DNA of 63,611 bases, filler included, from Hyphochytrium catenoides (GCA_900088475.1; 6 parts of 6 records of this genome joined end to end with filler, not necessarily neighbours in it), one strand, 5' to 3'. Shown: positions 26,001 through 37,845, counted from the whole stretch's first letter. The notes: a model not told the origin generated them from the sequence alone. Program-made: numbers and translations.

Positions 26001-26576
26001 AGGGTTCTAAATATCTGTGCAGCCAATAAGTCGTCAGACGCTAGCCAAATGTGTAGCAGCCTAATCGCCGCTCCATCTAAAGAAGAGTGCAGTCCGCTTA
26101 TCGTGGACTCTCTAGGTTACGTGCAGAGCGACGAGTATATTGACAGCGAGATCGCTGCGAACATCACGAAGTCCCGCCAGGAGCTGTTAGAGATCTCAAA
26201 TATGCTGGATACAGACTGCCCGGAAGCTCCTTGGTTTTGGCCACTGGGCCTTTTTCTCTTCATGGCCGGTGTGTTCTGTGTTGCCACCGCTATAAGCATT
26301 GCCACCGGGGCTGACATGCTGGGAAAGATTGACGTAGCCACGGTGATGAGGCGCATGGAGCCCTCTCTGCTCTCCGGCGGGAGCAATGGCGTGGTCCGTC
26401 CAGTTATACTGGCAGAGAGAGTGAAGCTCCAGGTGTCAAGAGCTCCCACCGCGAAGCAGGTGCCTGGAGATATTGCAGCTGGCGATAGAGAAACCATAGC
26501 CTCCACAGCTGGACAAGACAACGGAGAACTGCCAGGATACTGGGTCTCAAAGGATAAGAAGCTGCTGATCGGATAG
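23052..26576 (+). CDS. Uncharacterised intronless 1174-aa membrane glycoprotein (about 3 N-terminal TM segments, large Cys-rich luminal domain, C-terminal TM)
   Basis: Uninterrupted 3.5-kb ORF of complex sequence. Hydrophobic segments near aa 90-112, 140-160, 190-215 and 1068-1090. Many N-X-S/T sequons and cysteines between them. Confidence 0.85.
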   Translation: MRRKISCSTAGGVKSHEALRLQLVSCDTNVDRRSLVKNKAVPVPDSSTDNDRRSQQQVVQGTVALEGKKEETVPIPALISLLARKRRREVVLAFLLGSLLIAAGAAIGLAFSSSLSRWAPAPEVSGLFRALYTAVELLVNEIHIFVKLVGTLIMAQLLRLSLQSASGMSTHVLNGVGSLPTLLKERKVHKALVLVIVLLGPTVASIVVGKAIFLVWNRTTKAMYNRHSCFIGDYAMDSKGLWKPIEYWQERQTNLRALTISLGAALNNKCTILGGSVESLSMLGSAGGGANGTVATGVDGSSSASIETATWMIDSSRKCKVGSSITEMCVNAGHTLINRTTFRVQPNCLTLMDAELSRMCNAESFPEFERQEVKAPVNGNYTDFSSAAKEAEARQNCTKIVLQDLCYPKAVEECFESESKREWDLTLSAEEFTTSIRYRELPDREELEINYLTSDQGRNCSQPEDACPQNSRCGIAQRVDLMQNVTVYTANIRLSQTAGIRAWALQPAQLWLPGVVENSIGLFRSKNSYQFALEGSLEVAESVDTVDQLEDRDQRYERIVFSYQKQEETMRGVMNWVTFELLATEEVEKLVTELGQLATQNLRQSSASTRAGLRDTSYSQWNTSDMWDSDEQVGPTMRYFNFTAACEDTAQWGSDQGACEAAIKAELLKVQTVFTGDDYEDSNLCGCQLALEDGSSTPLLDELSKYLSNDLSEATPLESVGRGLRGKLVDNLSSWRDRLVPFGTPTNYPDECILPSSPSVIGMQSFDYEQMTGEAMFTWDLQCVSIRPARGRELTVHGDFDFDSEDHSCIPELRPDCSCEVSRSLNYSYAKIGAQVLGCTSQMSGAYVAVNYSMQATALYQMSIGYMEALSPACAEVPVKEGTARCSIELQPYQSRDDNQSFVVLGTMKTTAKIGAPNSVSKAHTVSGTREVNGEQWYHIFYLENDGNWTAVTELGAEELDMKDFHVATVRFQGETRMWMNANRVLNICAANKSSDASQMCSSLIAAPSKEECSPLIVDSLGYVQSDEYIDSEIAANITKSRQELLEISNMLDTDCPEAPWFWPLGLFLFMAGVFCVATAISIATGADMLGKIDVATVMRRMEPSLLSGGSNGVVRPVILAERVKLQVSRAPTAKQVPGDIAAGDRETIASTAGQDNGELPGYWVSKDKKLLIG

Positions 26577-27666
26577 TCGGAAGGACTAGGACTTGTTGAA
26601 TCTCTTATCGAACTCTCAGAAAGTCGCAAACACGCTTCCTGATCCCCCTTTCCCTCCAGCTCTATTTGCAACCTGGTACTCCCATCCCTGTGCCTAAACC
26701 AGACTATGGTCAAATGTAGAAAAAGCCATCCTGACCGTGAGGAGAGGCGAGACAGGTGGGCTATGCTCATCAGAGTCAAAAGTGGTACTGCTGCATTAGG
26801 ATCATTGATAGAACTGGGAGGCTAGCCAGCAAGAGAGAGGAGAACAGGGACAACTCCAAGCATGGAGCCAAAGATAGGGAAAGAAGGTTGTTTCGAGCAA
26901 ATTCTTGCTTCTCTTGATCTTATAGACTACGCTGCCTATTCTCTAAATGAATTTTAGAAGCAGTGGTACTTATGATTCGCAACCATCCGGGCTCTTTGAT
27001 GTTTTCAATTGTGCGCAGTGAACTGCCTACAAGGCATCAGGCCTAGAAGCAAGAGCCGATCTCTGACAAAGAGAGTGTCAGACCCAGCAAGCGGCCGTCA
27101 AGAGCTAGGACCCTGAACCCTACCTTGAAGAGGCCCCGCAGTGACGTCGATTGTGCCGAGTCTTAGTCTGCCGCCTTCCAGATGCACGCACCGCCTTTGT
27201 TGAGGAGAGGCGATACCATTAGCACCTGCCTGTCAGGGGTAAGGAGAGGAACCAAGCAGAAGAATTGTTAGCAGGGGTCAATGAGGACTGAAGATGATGC
27301 CCCATCAAACTACGGAGCTTAATATGGTTCCTCACAGACGTTCATACATGTGAAGAGCTGCTTCGCTGTGGTCGTAACTGGCTTGATCTTGGTCTGTCTT
27401 CAATCTTCCCCACCACGAGAGGTTCTGCCAACCATACTCAAAGCCACACCGAGGAAGTCACTTCCAACTGCTGACCCACCGCGGTGTCTTCCCTCTCACT
27501 AACTCTCCTCTCTCTTTCAGGCCCTTGTCTCTCTCTTGCAACCCGTACTTCTCTCTCTATCACTCTCTCTCTCTCTCTGTCTTCAAGTAGGTCAGCAGAC
27601 AGAAGTGCCAGTGGTCTTTCCAAATGTGGACTTGGTAGTCCCGCCGGGTCACCCTGTTGAAAACTC

Positions 27667-28290
27667 TCATAGTGCCTTCAGCTGCCGCATAGCAATGCCT
27701 GGACCTCGCCGCCGTCCAGAGCCATATAGCGCGGGCCTACCCGGATGAAGAGGTGGTTTTGCAGGTAATACAGGTGACACAGCTGGTACAGCGGGAGGAA
27801 CAGCAACGCAAGTCTTTTGGGGACTGCTCGGAAGAGTATAGGAGGACGGAAGCCTAACGATGATAGGCCACACGTTCTCCTTGTCTTCAAGCGGCTTCGA
27901 CGGCTCTTCAGCGTGGCAGAGTCGCCGTCGCTTGCTGCCGTTGGCGGTCACCTCATAGCGAGGAGTAGGTGCAGGTGTCTGAGGTAGGAATTGTGGCTGA
28001 CTGTCCGGCTGGTGGCTGGTATTATTGGCAGTCTTGCGGGCAGCATTATTACGGAGCTTCTCCTGCAGCAATCTCGAAGGCCGTAAGATGGCCTGACCTG
28101 GCATGCGCCAACCCTTATGACAGCTAGCTGCTGGTGCCTTATTGGGAGCCAGATTGCGGTGTGGCAGTTGTGAGGGTGCTCTGCTTAGAGTCAAAGAATA
28201 ATTGGATGTGGAAGGAGAAGCACCCATTGGCGAGTCTGTTGAAGAAGCAGCGGGTAGACTTGGAGCTGGTTCCTCTTGTGGTTCTTGGTC
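27667..28290 (-). CDS. Possible Pro/Ser-rich 3' coding fragment, open at the contig end
   Basis: Frame is open from the contig edge (DQEPQEEPAPSLPAASS...) to a stop at 27667. No recognisable domain. Confidence 0.3.
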   Translation of the reverse strand, partial: DQEPQEEPAPSLPAASSTDSPMGASPSTSNYSLTLSRAPSQLPHRNLAPNKAPAASCHKGWRMPGQAILRPSRLLQEKLRNNAARKTANNTSHQPDSQPQFLPQTPAPTPRYEVTANGSKRRRLCHAEEPSKPLEDKENVWPIIVRLPSSYTLPSSPQKTCVAVPPAVPAVSPVLPAKPPLHPGRPALYGSGRRRGPGIAMRQLKAL

Positions 28291-28390
28291 NNNNNNNNNN
28301 NNNNNNNNNNNNNNNNNNNNNNNNNNNNNNNNNNTTAATTAATTAANNNNNNNNNNNNNNNNNNNNNNNNNNNNNNNNNNNNNNNNNNNN
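28291..28390. other. Artificial contig-joining spacer
   Basis: N44-TTAATTAATTAA-N44, which has stops in all six frames; five identical copies in the window. Confidence 0.97.
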
Positions 28391-31300
28391 TATCTAATGG
28401 ATAATATTCCGCTGGACCAGAGCTCTCAGAAGATGCAAGAACAGCTGCAGACTAAAGTAGACGTGTGTCACAAACTCTACTGGCTCTCTATCCCCCGCAA
28501 TTTTCCCCTTCTCCCCGCGGTCTCTCTCTCCTTCCTGCTAGCACCAGTTCTCCCAATTTCCCCCTTCCTAACGTCTGATACCCATATGTAAAGGCAATCA
28601 TCACTTGATGCTCTTGTTGGGCTCCTTTTATAGATAGCACTTTGTTTCCATGGAGTTATCCAATCCGCAGATCTGTCTCTTCTTCTTGTGATGCCTGTCG
28701 TGGCCTCCCCTCTGTCATTACGCTTGTCGAATTTGCGCAATATCTTAACAGCGTTTGGTCTAAATGGCGTTGTTCGGTCATCTGTGTCTGCAGATTGTAG
28801 AAGGATCTGTAACGCAGCTGCAGGAGCACCTCGGACGAATGAAATTAGAAAGACGGCAGCAAGCCGCATCCTTCTCAAGGTAAGAAAAACAATGACAAAT
28901 AGAGGTAGAAAGATCCTCTAAGACACCCTCGGCAGAGTGAATAGTCATCTCTAGGGATGCATCGGCGCTCCTTGTGAGAGGTATTCCTAGTTCTTTACAT
29001 CCTTCATTCAGCAGTGTGCTTCTTCTATCGTCTCTTCTTTTGTCTCCTCCTCAGTTTGTAGCCCTGGTCACTGAAGGTTTGTGACGAACTTATCCTGCTC
29101 TTTGTCTTGCTTCAGCATTACCAACCAGGCCCAGCTATCTCGCGTCTTGATAGAGACGTTCAAGACTGCACAGATGATCCATAATAGGGTAGCGGCTCTG
29201 GAGCAGGAGGCAGAGATATGCATGAGACAGGCAGAAAAGTTACAACGCAGCACACCGTCTAGTTCTGCCATAAAGGGTTCCCCAGCCTTGAATGGCTCCC
29301 GGCGCTCTTCCTTGATGTCTGATGCTCTAGATGGGGACAGAGCTGCGGAGTTGAACAGGGCCCAGCAAAGAAAGGAAGCACTACGTCTCTCTCTTTTACG
29401 GAGTCAAGGAGGGGATGGGAGAACCATTCAGCCCACGTCGCACTCGGGCACTCCTTCTTTAGTAAAATCCACAGCAGCCTCAGCCAGAAAGAAGGGAAAA
29501 GAGGGAGAAAGAGAAATGAGATCGCAGCTAACTCCCCATCAAAGGCTCCCCCTAAGTGCTCCACAAGATGCTGGCCCGGGGAGCTTCTACCAAAGCCCTC
29601 AGACTCCGGTTACCGAGAAGCAAAGAGAGAGAGAGAGGCTCTTCGGAAAGAAGCTGTTCACAGTGCCAACTCCTCAGCTTCAATTGAAGTCCACAACGGT
29701 TCAATCGCCCTCCGCGTCCCCCACCTCTGTGAGAGAGAGCCCTCTAGTGAAGGAGAGAAGAAGCAGAGAAGCGTCATCCTCTGTGACGGCGAAGGCTCCA
29801 ACAATGCCTTCTTTTTCTGCTCCAGAGCGTGCTATGGGTTCCTTCGCTCCTCCTCCTACTGCCCAGATGCCGAGCTTCGCCTTCTCAATAGGAAAAACTC
29901 CCACTCGCCCATCGAGAAAACATTCTACGGATTCCTCCTCCACCTCTCCCCATCTTAGAGGCAGCTCTCCCGCCTCGCTTCCCATCACATCCTCCACCCC
30001 TCCTACGACTTTCAACTTCAAGCCCTTGGATAGAGAAGACGAGGACGAGGAAGAAGAATTGCACAGAAAGTCCACCAAGTCCCGTGCAAGGACTTCTCCT
30101 GGAATGCAGGGTCTGGCATCCTCTCCCTCTCCCTCGCCTACATTGTCATTCTTGAGTACCAAAAGCCCTGTTCTTGCAGGAAAGACAGAGGATGGAGGCA
30201 AAGGAAGTGCTGCTGCAGCTCCTGCTGCTGCTCAGTCTACGTCTGGAACTCTGGCGGCCCCGAAGGCTGCGGGATATCCCCCTGACATGAGCAAAAGAAA
30301 GCCACCCAAGCTTCCAACAGGTTTTGGTATCGCCACTTCGTCCGCAACGCCTTCCTCGTCGGCATCCTCCTCTACTTCCACAGCTATCGGAGGGGAAGGA
30401 CCAAAGCCTAAAAGCTCGGCCTATCCTCCTGATATGAGTAAGAAGGAAGCCCCACAGCTTCCCAAGAGCTTTGGAATCGCTACTACGAGCTCTCAAAAGT
30501 CTGAGAAAGAGACCAAGAGAGAGACCCCGAAAGAGACTACGTCTTCTTCTGCCTTTTCTTTCGCTCCTAGCTCATCGGTGACAACAACTACCAAAGAGAA
30601 AGAAGATGTCAAGGCGAAGAATGGGCTGGATTTTGGCTCTCTCTCTTTTGGAGGCGCACCTAAGGACAGCACTTCATTTGGGGCGAAGGGGTTGACAGAC
30701 AAGAGTCCGTTCAGCACTACGCCTCTTTCTTTCACTTCCACAGCCCCTAGTTCTGCAGCAACCACCGCCTCCTCAATCTTTGGAGGCAGTACATCCACAA
30801 CTACGCCTGCCGTTTCCTCCTTCTCTCTCAAGAGCTCATCATCAACGCCCACTCCTTCAGCTTCTCTCTCTCTTAAGGACAAGATTCTGAGGATATACCA
30901 GCAATATAACCCACAGAAGCTAGGAGACGTGGACTCTCTAGCCTCAAAGTACGCTGGTAAGGACGCGGAGGTGGTGAAGAAGCTGCAGACGAAGTATAAG
31001 ATTCCAGATGAAAAGCTGAAAGAGCTTATAGGAGAGGCGGCGGGTCCGGTTGCAGCAACACCGACAACCCCCTTTGGGGCCAGTGCTTCATCTTCTGCCT
31101 CATCCTCTCCGTTCGGCACAAGCAGCAGCCCCTTCGGCTCTACGGCCGCAAGCCCTTTTGGTCCCACTGCGGGCCAGGCTACATCTACTACTGGTTTTGG
31201 GACAACCTCTTCCTTTGGGTCCTCCCCTTCGCCCTTTGGAAGCACCGGTAACACTACTGCCCCTGCCTTCGGACAGACCACTGCCTCTCTCTCTTCTTCT

Positions 31301-32281
31301 TCATCTCCTTTTGGACAGACCACAAGTGGAACATCCGCATTTGGACAGAGTTCAGCGACACCCGGCTTTGGGGGAACAACAACCCAGCCTGTCTTCGGCT
31401 CTACCTCCGCATTTGGACAGGGATCGGCGCCTTCTGTCTCTCCGTTTGGGCAGGCCGCTGTCTCAAAGCCTTCCGGCTTTGGTCAGAGCACAAGCTCAAC
31501 ACCAGCATTTGGGCAGACCACGCCTTTTGGGGCCCAGCCAAGTGCAACTCCTGCCTTTGGACAGACATCGCCTTTCGGCGCAGCTTCCCAGTCTACGGCT
31601 GCCTCTCCGTTTGGGGGTGGATTTGGTCAAACCTCTGGCTTTGGGTCTAACACTAACTATAGACAACGACTGCTGGAGTTCTATCAGAAGCACAATCCGT
31701 CCAAGGTCCATGAAGTTGACAATTTGTTAGCCAAGTACAAGGGCAGAGAGGAGCAGATGTTTGCGACTCTGGAGAAGAAATACGCGCAGGGTTCTACTGC
31801 CATGCAGGGAGGCGGAGGGGGCGCCGCACCCACTGTCTCACCCTTCTCGTCTTTTGGCTCGTCAACTCCCCAACCAGCCTTCGGACAGACTGCGAGCTTC
31901 GGCCAGACTTCTGGCTTTGGAGCTTCTCAGCCTGCCTTTGGAGGGACTTCTCCGCTAGGAGGAGGTACGACAGGCACAGGCTTTGGTGCCACATCTCCAT
32001 TGGGGGGAGGATTCGGCAGTGGAGCTGGAAGTGGCTTTGGGTCCACCTCTCCGTCTCCCTTCTCTACTTCTGCAGCACCTCCTGCTAGTGGGTTCTCTAC
32101 GTTTGCGTCTAAGCCAGTGTCGTTTGGTACAGTAGCTGGGCAGGGAACAGGCGGGTTTGGAGGATTTGGGGCAAGCCCAGGTGGAAGTAGCGGCTTCGGA
32201 GCAAGTGGAGGCGGCTTTGGCGCATCTGTGGGAGGGTTCGGGGCTCCTTCTAACCCCAGCTTCACGCAGATGAGGGGATAG
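28391..32281 (+). CDS. NUP214: FG-repeat nucleoporin, Nup214/Nup159-like, 5'-truncated
   Basis: Coiled-coil exons at ~28391-28460, ~28795-28880 and from ~29116, then a long S/T/P-rich region, dense SPFG/AFGQ/GGFG repeats, and a terminal FTQMRG resembling plant and protist Nup214 C-termini. Confidence 0.75.
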
Positions 32282-32828
32282 GCAAGATCGGAGTGAAGAT
32301 GCATGTGCTCTTTGTTGCCGTCCTTCTATCACCTCTTCTACTATAAACCACTATCCACCGCTTGAGTATCTCATCCCTTAGCAAGACAGGCTGAAGAAGC
32401 CCGCCATACCTTGTCCAGGCGTTACTTGAAAGGAAGAAGGGAGTAGTTTCTCTCTTTCTCGCCTATAGATAGGACACCATAGGAAGTAGGGACTCTGGTC
32501 ACGTTGATATAAGGCCTTGCCTTCTCGTCCAGAGTAGACAAGTAAAATGAACACCATTGATCTCAGCTTTCGATTACTGTGCTGCCGTCTGCCAAGCCTT
32601 TTCTTTATCTCTTATACATCCACTGACCTGAGACAGTTGACCAAGAACGCGCGACAGGCAAAAACATGTCTAAGGTTTTGAGTAGTGTCTTTTATCTTCG
32701 CAAATGGGAGAAGGGAGAAGCTATCTCTCTCCTCATTGCTCGGATGCACTCAGAATCTAAAGTATCTAATGATTATAAAACAGCAGATGGTCAATGTCAC
32801 ACGCACAATTATAATATACAGTCATCTC

Positions 32829-35129
32829 TCAGCTCACAGTAAGGACCGGCTTCCGGCTTTGCTCCTTTTGTTCTATCCTCACTCTCTTCTTCATGCTAAC
32901 GTCGCCACTAGTGGTACATCTCAAGCTTGTCTCGCTCTCCCCTCTGCTCTCTTCTTTCACGAAGTGTTCCGTCTTCTGGTGAGCAAAGGGGCTTTTTCTC
33001 TTTCCTCTTGGTATGGTCATGTCACTCTGAACTCCAAAGGAGAGTGCAGAAGATAGAGAACGAAGCTGTTCGTCCGCCGATCCACCGCCCATACTCATAG
33101 GAGTAGAGGCAGCACTGGACATTCCGTCGTCTTCAGGAGAATGCACCGAGTTTTCTTTGCCCACTTTCCTGCTGCGAAGGAAAGACTTCCATCGAATTTT
33201 GACCGCATCTTCTGTCCGCCCAGGAAGTAACGCGGCGATCTGTGCCCAACGATTTCCCAGTCGCGCATGGCTCTCAATAATAATGCGATCCTATAGGGAT
33301 GGTTCCGAGTCCAGAAAGAAGAGAGGGAGAGAAAGAGGGCACACGGAAGAAACGGAGAACCAGAGAAAGAAGCGGGAAAGAAGTGGGAAAGAAGTGGGAG
33401 TCAGATTTACTACCATTGCCATAGAAGATGTTTCCAATTCCAGCGCTTACCTCTTCGGCTGTATAGGGCGTCCTCTTAATGGACGGGTCTAAGTGATTAT
33501 GCCACCGCTCACGACACTGTTTAGACGTCCGGCCTGGAATCTTGGCTGCTACTTGTCCCCAGTTCTTGTTGTCATTGTTGACCAGCTTGCGCAGCAGCTC
33601 GTCCTCTTCCGCTGACCAGTGACCCTAAAATGAAGAGAGAGACGCCTTGTGAGAAATCTTTGGCTTTTGACCAGGCTGGGAAGAGAGAGTAAGTTGTTAC
33701 CTTGATAAGGCCCGGCTGAAGAACCTTGGTCCACCGCTGAAGGCATTGAGTATGGTTACGTCCTGCAGGTAGGGACAAAGAGCGAGAGAGACGAACAGAA
33801 AGAAGAGAAGGGCGTAGGAAGTTAGAATAGGCTTTCCGTGCGCTAACAATGAGCTGCAGAATTACCGGGAACTTTGGCGGCGATCGCTTTCCAGTTTCTT
33901 TCTCCATACTTGCTAACAGCCGCGCGAAGGGATTCATCTTCTTCTCTCGTCCATCGACGAGGTGGAGCCTTTGTAACAGAGTGAGGAGAGATAGGAGGGC
34001 AGAGCAGAGCTGACAGAGGCGTGTCTTCGTGGAAAGATTCTCTCGCCATCGGACTGTGAGCCAGCATACTAGCGGAAGGAAGATCCATGATAGCAGCTCT
34101 GGAAGGGTGACAATGGACTTCGGCAGGATTCTGTTCAGAAGTGCCATCCTCTTCTCTCGCCTCTTCTTTTCTTTCTTGTTGTCTCTCAATGTAAGCTTCG
34201 GGTGCAGGGTAGCTATGTTCCTCATTGCCACTGCTCAGCATCGAGCTGAGAGAGAATTTGGCGCGAGCAGGAGCGGAAGGCGGAGAAGAGGACGAGGAGG
34301 AGGACGAGACGGTAGCAGCTTGTGGTGCGGGCGCTGCGCTGCTTTGTTTCGGTGGCTTATCTGCACTCGAACTTCGGTCATGGAAATCGAGGAGGAGTCC
34401 CGCGTTGAGAAGATCTGGATATTGAGGAAAGAGCAAGGAGAATCTTGGTCAGAGAAGGCGCGAAGAGGAATGAGCGACCAGGGAGAACGAGAAGAGCAAG
34501 ACAAAGATGGGAAGCTTGCTATTGGTACTTTACCTGTGAGCGAGGAAGCTTTGGGGGACGTGGGGGCGTCCCCAGGCTGTTGTTTGAGACCAGGCACACG
34601 CTTTGCCTCGCGCAAGAGCTTCAGTGTGGCCGCCACGTCTTCCTCTCTGTTCTCTTCGACGGCTACCGACAGCTGGCGGAGTAGCCCAAAGCTGTTGATC
34701 ATTTCTTGAAGCATGGCGGAGATGGAAGAGTTGCTCTGAAGGCTGGTCAACGACTGCTGCAACAGGATCTTGCAGAAATCTATGGACAAGACTGCAGGCA
34801 AGAAAGGGTAAGAGCCCAACAAAATAGATATGGAAGTGGCGAGAGCAGGGGCAATCGAGAGAAGAGGAAGCGAGGAAGCCGAGAGGAGAGAAAGGAGGAA
34901 AGAGAAATGGAGAGAGAGAGAGAGAGAGAGACAGCAAACGCAGGTTAGCTTCCCTCCTCTACCGTCTGCTACGCTTGAACGCACCAGTAAAAGAGTGACC
35001 TTGAGCGCTTTGCTCAAACGTTGACCAGAACTGAAGCAGCTTCTCTTCTTCGTTAGGGACTGGCGGTCTCTGTCCTTGACTATACGACGGGTTGGCACTG
35101 ACGGGCCGGGGGTGGAGAAAGGTCTCCAT
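32829..35129 (-). CDS. Three-repeat (R1R2R3) Myb transcription factor, about 6 exons
   Basis: Spliced repeats WTREEDESLRAAVSKYGERNWKAIAAKVPG|RNHTQCLQRWTKVLQPGLIK|GHWSAEEDELL..NWGQVAAKIPGRTSKQCRERWHNHLDP..|..GNRWAQIAALLPGRTEDAVKIRWKS. ATG at 35129 is inferred. Confidence 0.92.
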
Positions 35130-35734
35130 AGCTTTGTGATAGAAAGTCTTTGAAGCTTCGAGGGCTAAGGCGGCGAGCAGAGAGAAGAGACAGCGCCAAT
35201 GGGAGGGAATGCACGCAGCAAAGAGACACAGAGAGAGAGAGAAAGAGAGAAAAAAAAGGGGAATATGACGACAGCTAATGATAAAAGGAGGAGAGAGAAG
35301 ACCAGAGATAGAAGAGAGACAAAGGAAAGACCGAGCGACAGGGAGAAAGTATAGCTTTAGCAAGGAGGCAAGTTCAGGAGAGAGAAGAGCGGGAAGAAGG
35401 TCTCTCTTTCTCTGTTCGAGTCAGGTGAAGATCCTGGCTTTGGCGTGGCTCAATGAGCTGTGGATGATGTGTACGCCTGTGTTCTGTGTGAGCAGCCAGA
35501 GACAGAAGAAGTGGAGATCGAGGCTCAGAAAAAGAAAAGAGAGAAGAGAAGAGTGAGAGGAAGGAAGGGGCGGAGACGCCGCCCGAGAGGGGACACACAG
35601 AGGAAAGAGACAGAGCGGAGGATGAGGGAGGGAGTAGAGGCGAGGAGGGGGCGGAAGGGCAGAGAGACAGAAAGAGGGAGATAGCATCAAGGTCCAGAGA
35701 AGGCAGAAAAGAAGCGCGAGGAAGAGGAACAGAG

Positions 35735-35793
<59 letters not shown>

Positions 35794-36062
35794 CAGGTGT
35801 TTGGACAGGGGAAGAGATGGCCAAGAGAAGGAAAGAAGAGGAGGAGGAGGGAAAATTATTCAGAAGAGCAAAGAGGTGTGCAAAAGGGCCAGAGAGACAG
35901 AAAAAGGAAGGAGAGCGAAGGGAGGAAGGGAAAGAGACAGAGCGACGAGAGATATAAGGGGAAGAATGATGGCGAAGCAACGAGGAAGCCAGCAGGGAAC
36001 TTTGTGAAGGGGAGAAAAGAAGAGAGACAGAGAGAACCTAGAACAAAGCAACGAAGATAGAG

Positions 36063-36126
<64 letters not shown>

Positions 36127-36447
36127 ACAGAAAGATGGCCGCCAGTTGGCCTTCTTCACCCCTCAGTCCCCCATTTCACTGGGGGCTACTATTATTTCTA
36201 AAGCTTCTAAGCCTATCTATATGTATGAGTAGCCGTACAACTACTGCCAGATGATACAATCATTGCTCTAATTAAGAAATATTTAAACCTTTTGGAAACA
36301 TTAACAAATTACCTTACAGTTGGCGGCTGGTGGATGAAAGAAACAGAGGGGAAGTTATTCCTTCATTTCTTTCCTTGCATTTATTTGGGAGAGGAACGGC
36401 TCTCTGCTACTTGAGACTGGCTTCCTAACTTTTCTGATGAATTGATT

Positions 36448-36482
<35 letters not shown>

Positions 36483-37124
36483 GAGAGAGAGACGGGACGA
36501 GAGGGCACTAAAAGCTGGTAGGTGTTGGATCAAAGCAGAGAGAGAGGGAGAGAGAGGAGAGAGGAGAGAGTGAGAGAGAGTCCTCTAAAACTGGCTTCTT
36601 CCAGAGTAGTCCCGAACTGACAAAACCAAGTGAGAGAGAGAGAGAGAGAGAGAGAGGCGGGTGAGTGGAGGGGAGATCAAGCACCTGCTGCTCTCCTGCT
36701 CTCTTGGTCTGAGCCTTTGCTGTTCTCTCTCTCCCCCTCTCTTCCTCCTTCTCTCTCCGTTTCTTTTTCTCTGGCCATGTTCCGGTGTTTTCCGCCTTCT
36801 CATAGTGGCAAGAGTCACTCTGTCTTGCTCTTCCTGTGCTTTCGAGGTCAGAGAACAGAGTAGGACAGGGAGCTGATGTACATGCTGTACATAGATTGAC
36901 AGAAGAGAGCCAAATTCCGTATCTAAAAAGACAGTAATACAACCTGCCCCCTTCAAAGAGGCGGTGAGATCCAGAGCTCCTCCAGGAGCGCTACTATTTT
37001 AGAGGATGTTGTATATTTATTAGGTGTAAAGGGTGAGAGAGGAAGTAGTAATATTGCACCGCATTGGCTGGATGTGCCTTTCTGTCTCCTGTCTTTTACC
37101 TTCTCTCTCTCTCTCTCTCTCTCT

Positions 37125-37224
37125 NNNNNNNNNNNNNNNNNNNNNNNNNNNNNNNNNNNNNNNNNNNNTTAATTAATTAANNNNNNNNNNNNNNNNNNNN
37201 NNNNNNNNNNNNNNNNNNNNNNNN
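37125..37224. other. Artificial contig-joining spacer
   Basis: N44-TTAATTAATTAA-N44. Confidence 0.97.
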
Positions 37225-37464
37225 GAAGGGAGGTTAATGAGAGCGGAGTCTCTCTCTCGTTCTCTCTCTTTCTCTCTCTCTTGTTGGAGTCGTCTCTTCT
37301 AGATGGAAGAGTGAGTTGTGACGCAAGGACAAGGAGAGGAAAGATATTCTCTTTCTTTTCTCTTGTAATAAAAAGAATGTCTCTGCTTTCTGCGTGATGA
37401 GCTAGGAACTAGCGGCTGCGGACGTGAGGAGGGGAAGAGAGGAAGCGAGATACTGTTGAGACAG

Positions 37465-37518
<54 letters not shown>

Positions 37519-37808
37519 AAAAGAGAGAGAGAGAGAGACAGAAGAGAGAGAGAGGAGAGAGAGAGAAGAGATCAATTGACAGTAAAAAAGAAGGAAAAAG
37601 ATACGTACTCTCCTCCTCCCCTCTCTGGCCATAAACAGTGAGTCCACCCCCAACCCAGGGTACCGAGGGTACTCCCCAGCGTAAATGACAATTATAAACC
37701 TCTGTTTCTAGGGGTGAGGACCCTCACCTACCTTAGTGCGTATATCTTAACCCTCACATCCAGAATAATGTATACCATTNNNNNNNNNNNNNNNNNNNNN
37801 NNNNNNNN

Positions 37809-37845
<37 letters not shown>

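Noticed and set aside
23052-26576. Viral envelope protein or HAP2-type fusogen identity for the 1174-aa ORF
   Set aside because: No HAP2 motif or flanking viral or retroelement genes recognised, and the multiple N-terminal TM segments do not fit; left unassigned.
28335-28346. Recurrent palindromic TTAATTAATTAA as a biological repeat or recombination site
   Set aside because: Always centred in exactly 44+44 Ns; it is a six-frame-stop linker added during sequence concatenation.
29259-32332. Long antisense and alternate-frame ORFs over the nucleoporin
   Set aside because: Shadow ORFs of a low-complexity S/T/G/P-rich coding strand.
35278-36956. Many LSLSLS / RERERE ORFs here and elsewhere
   Set aside because: They are translations of CT/GA microsatellites, which lack stop codons; no independent coding signal.
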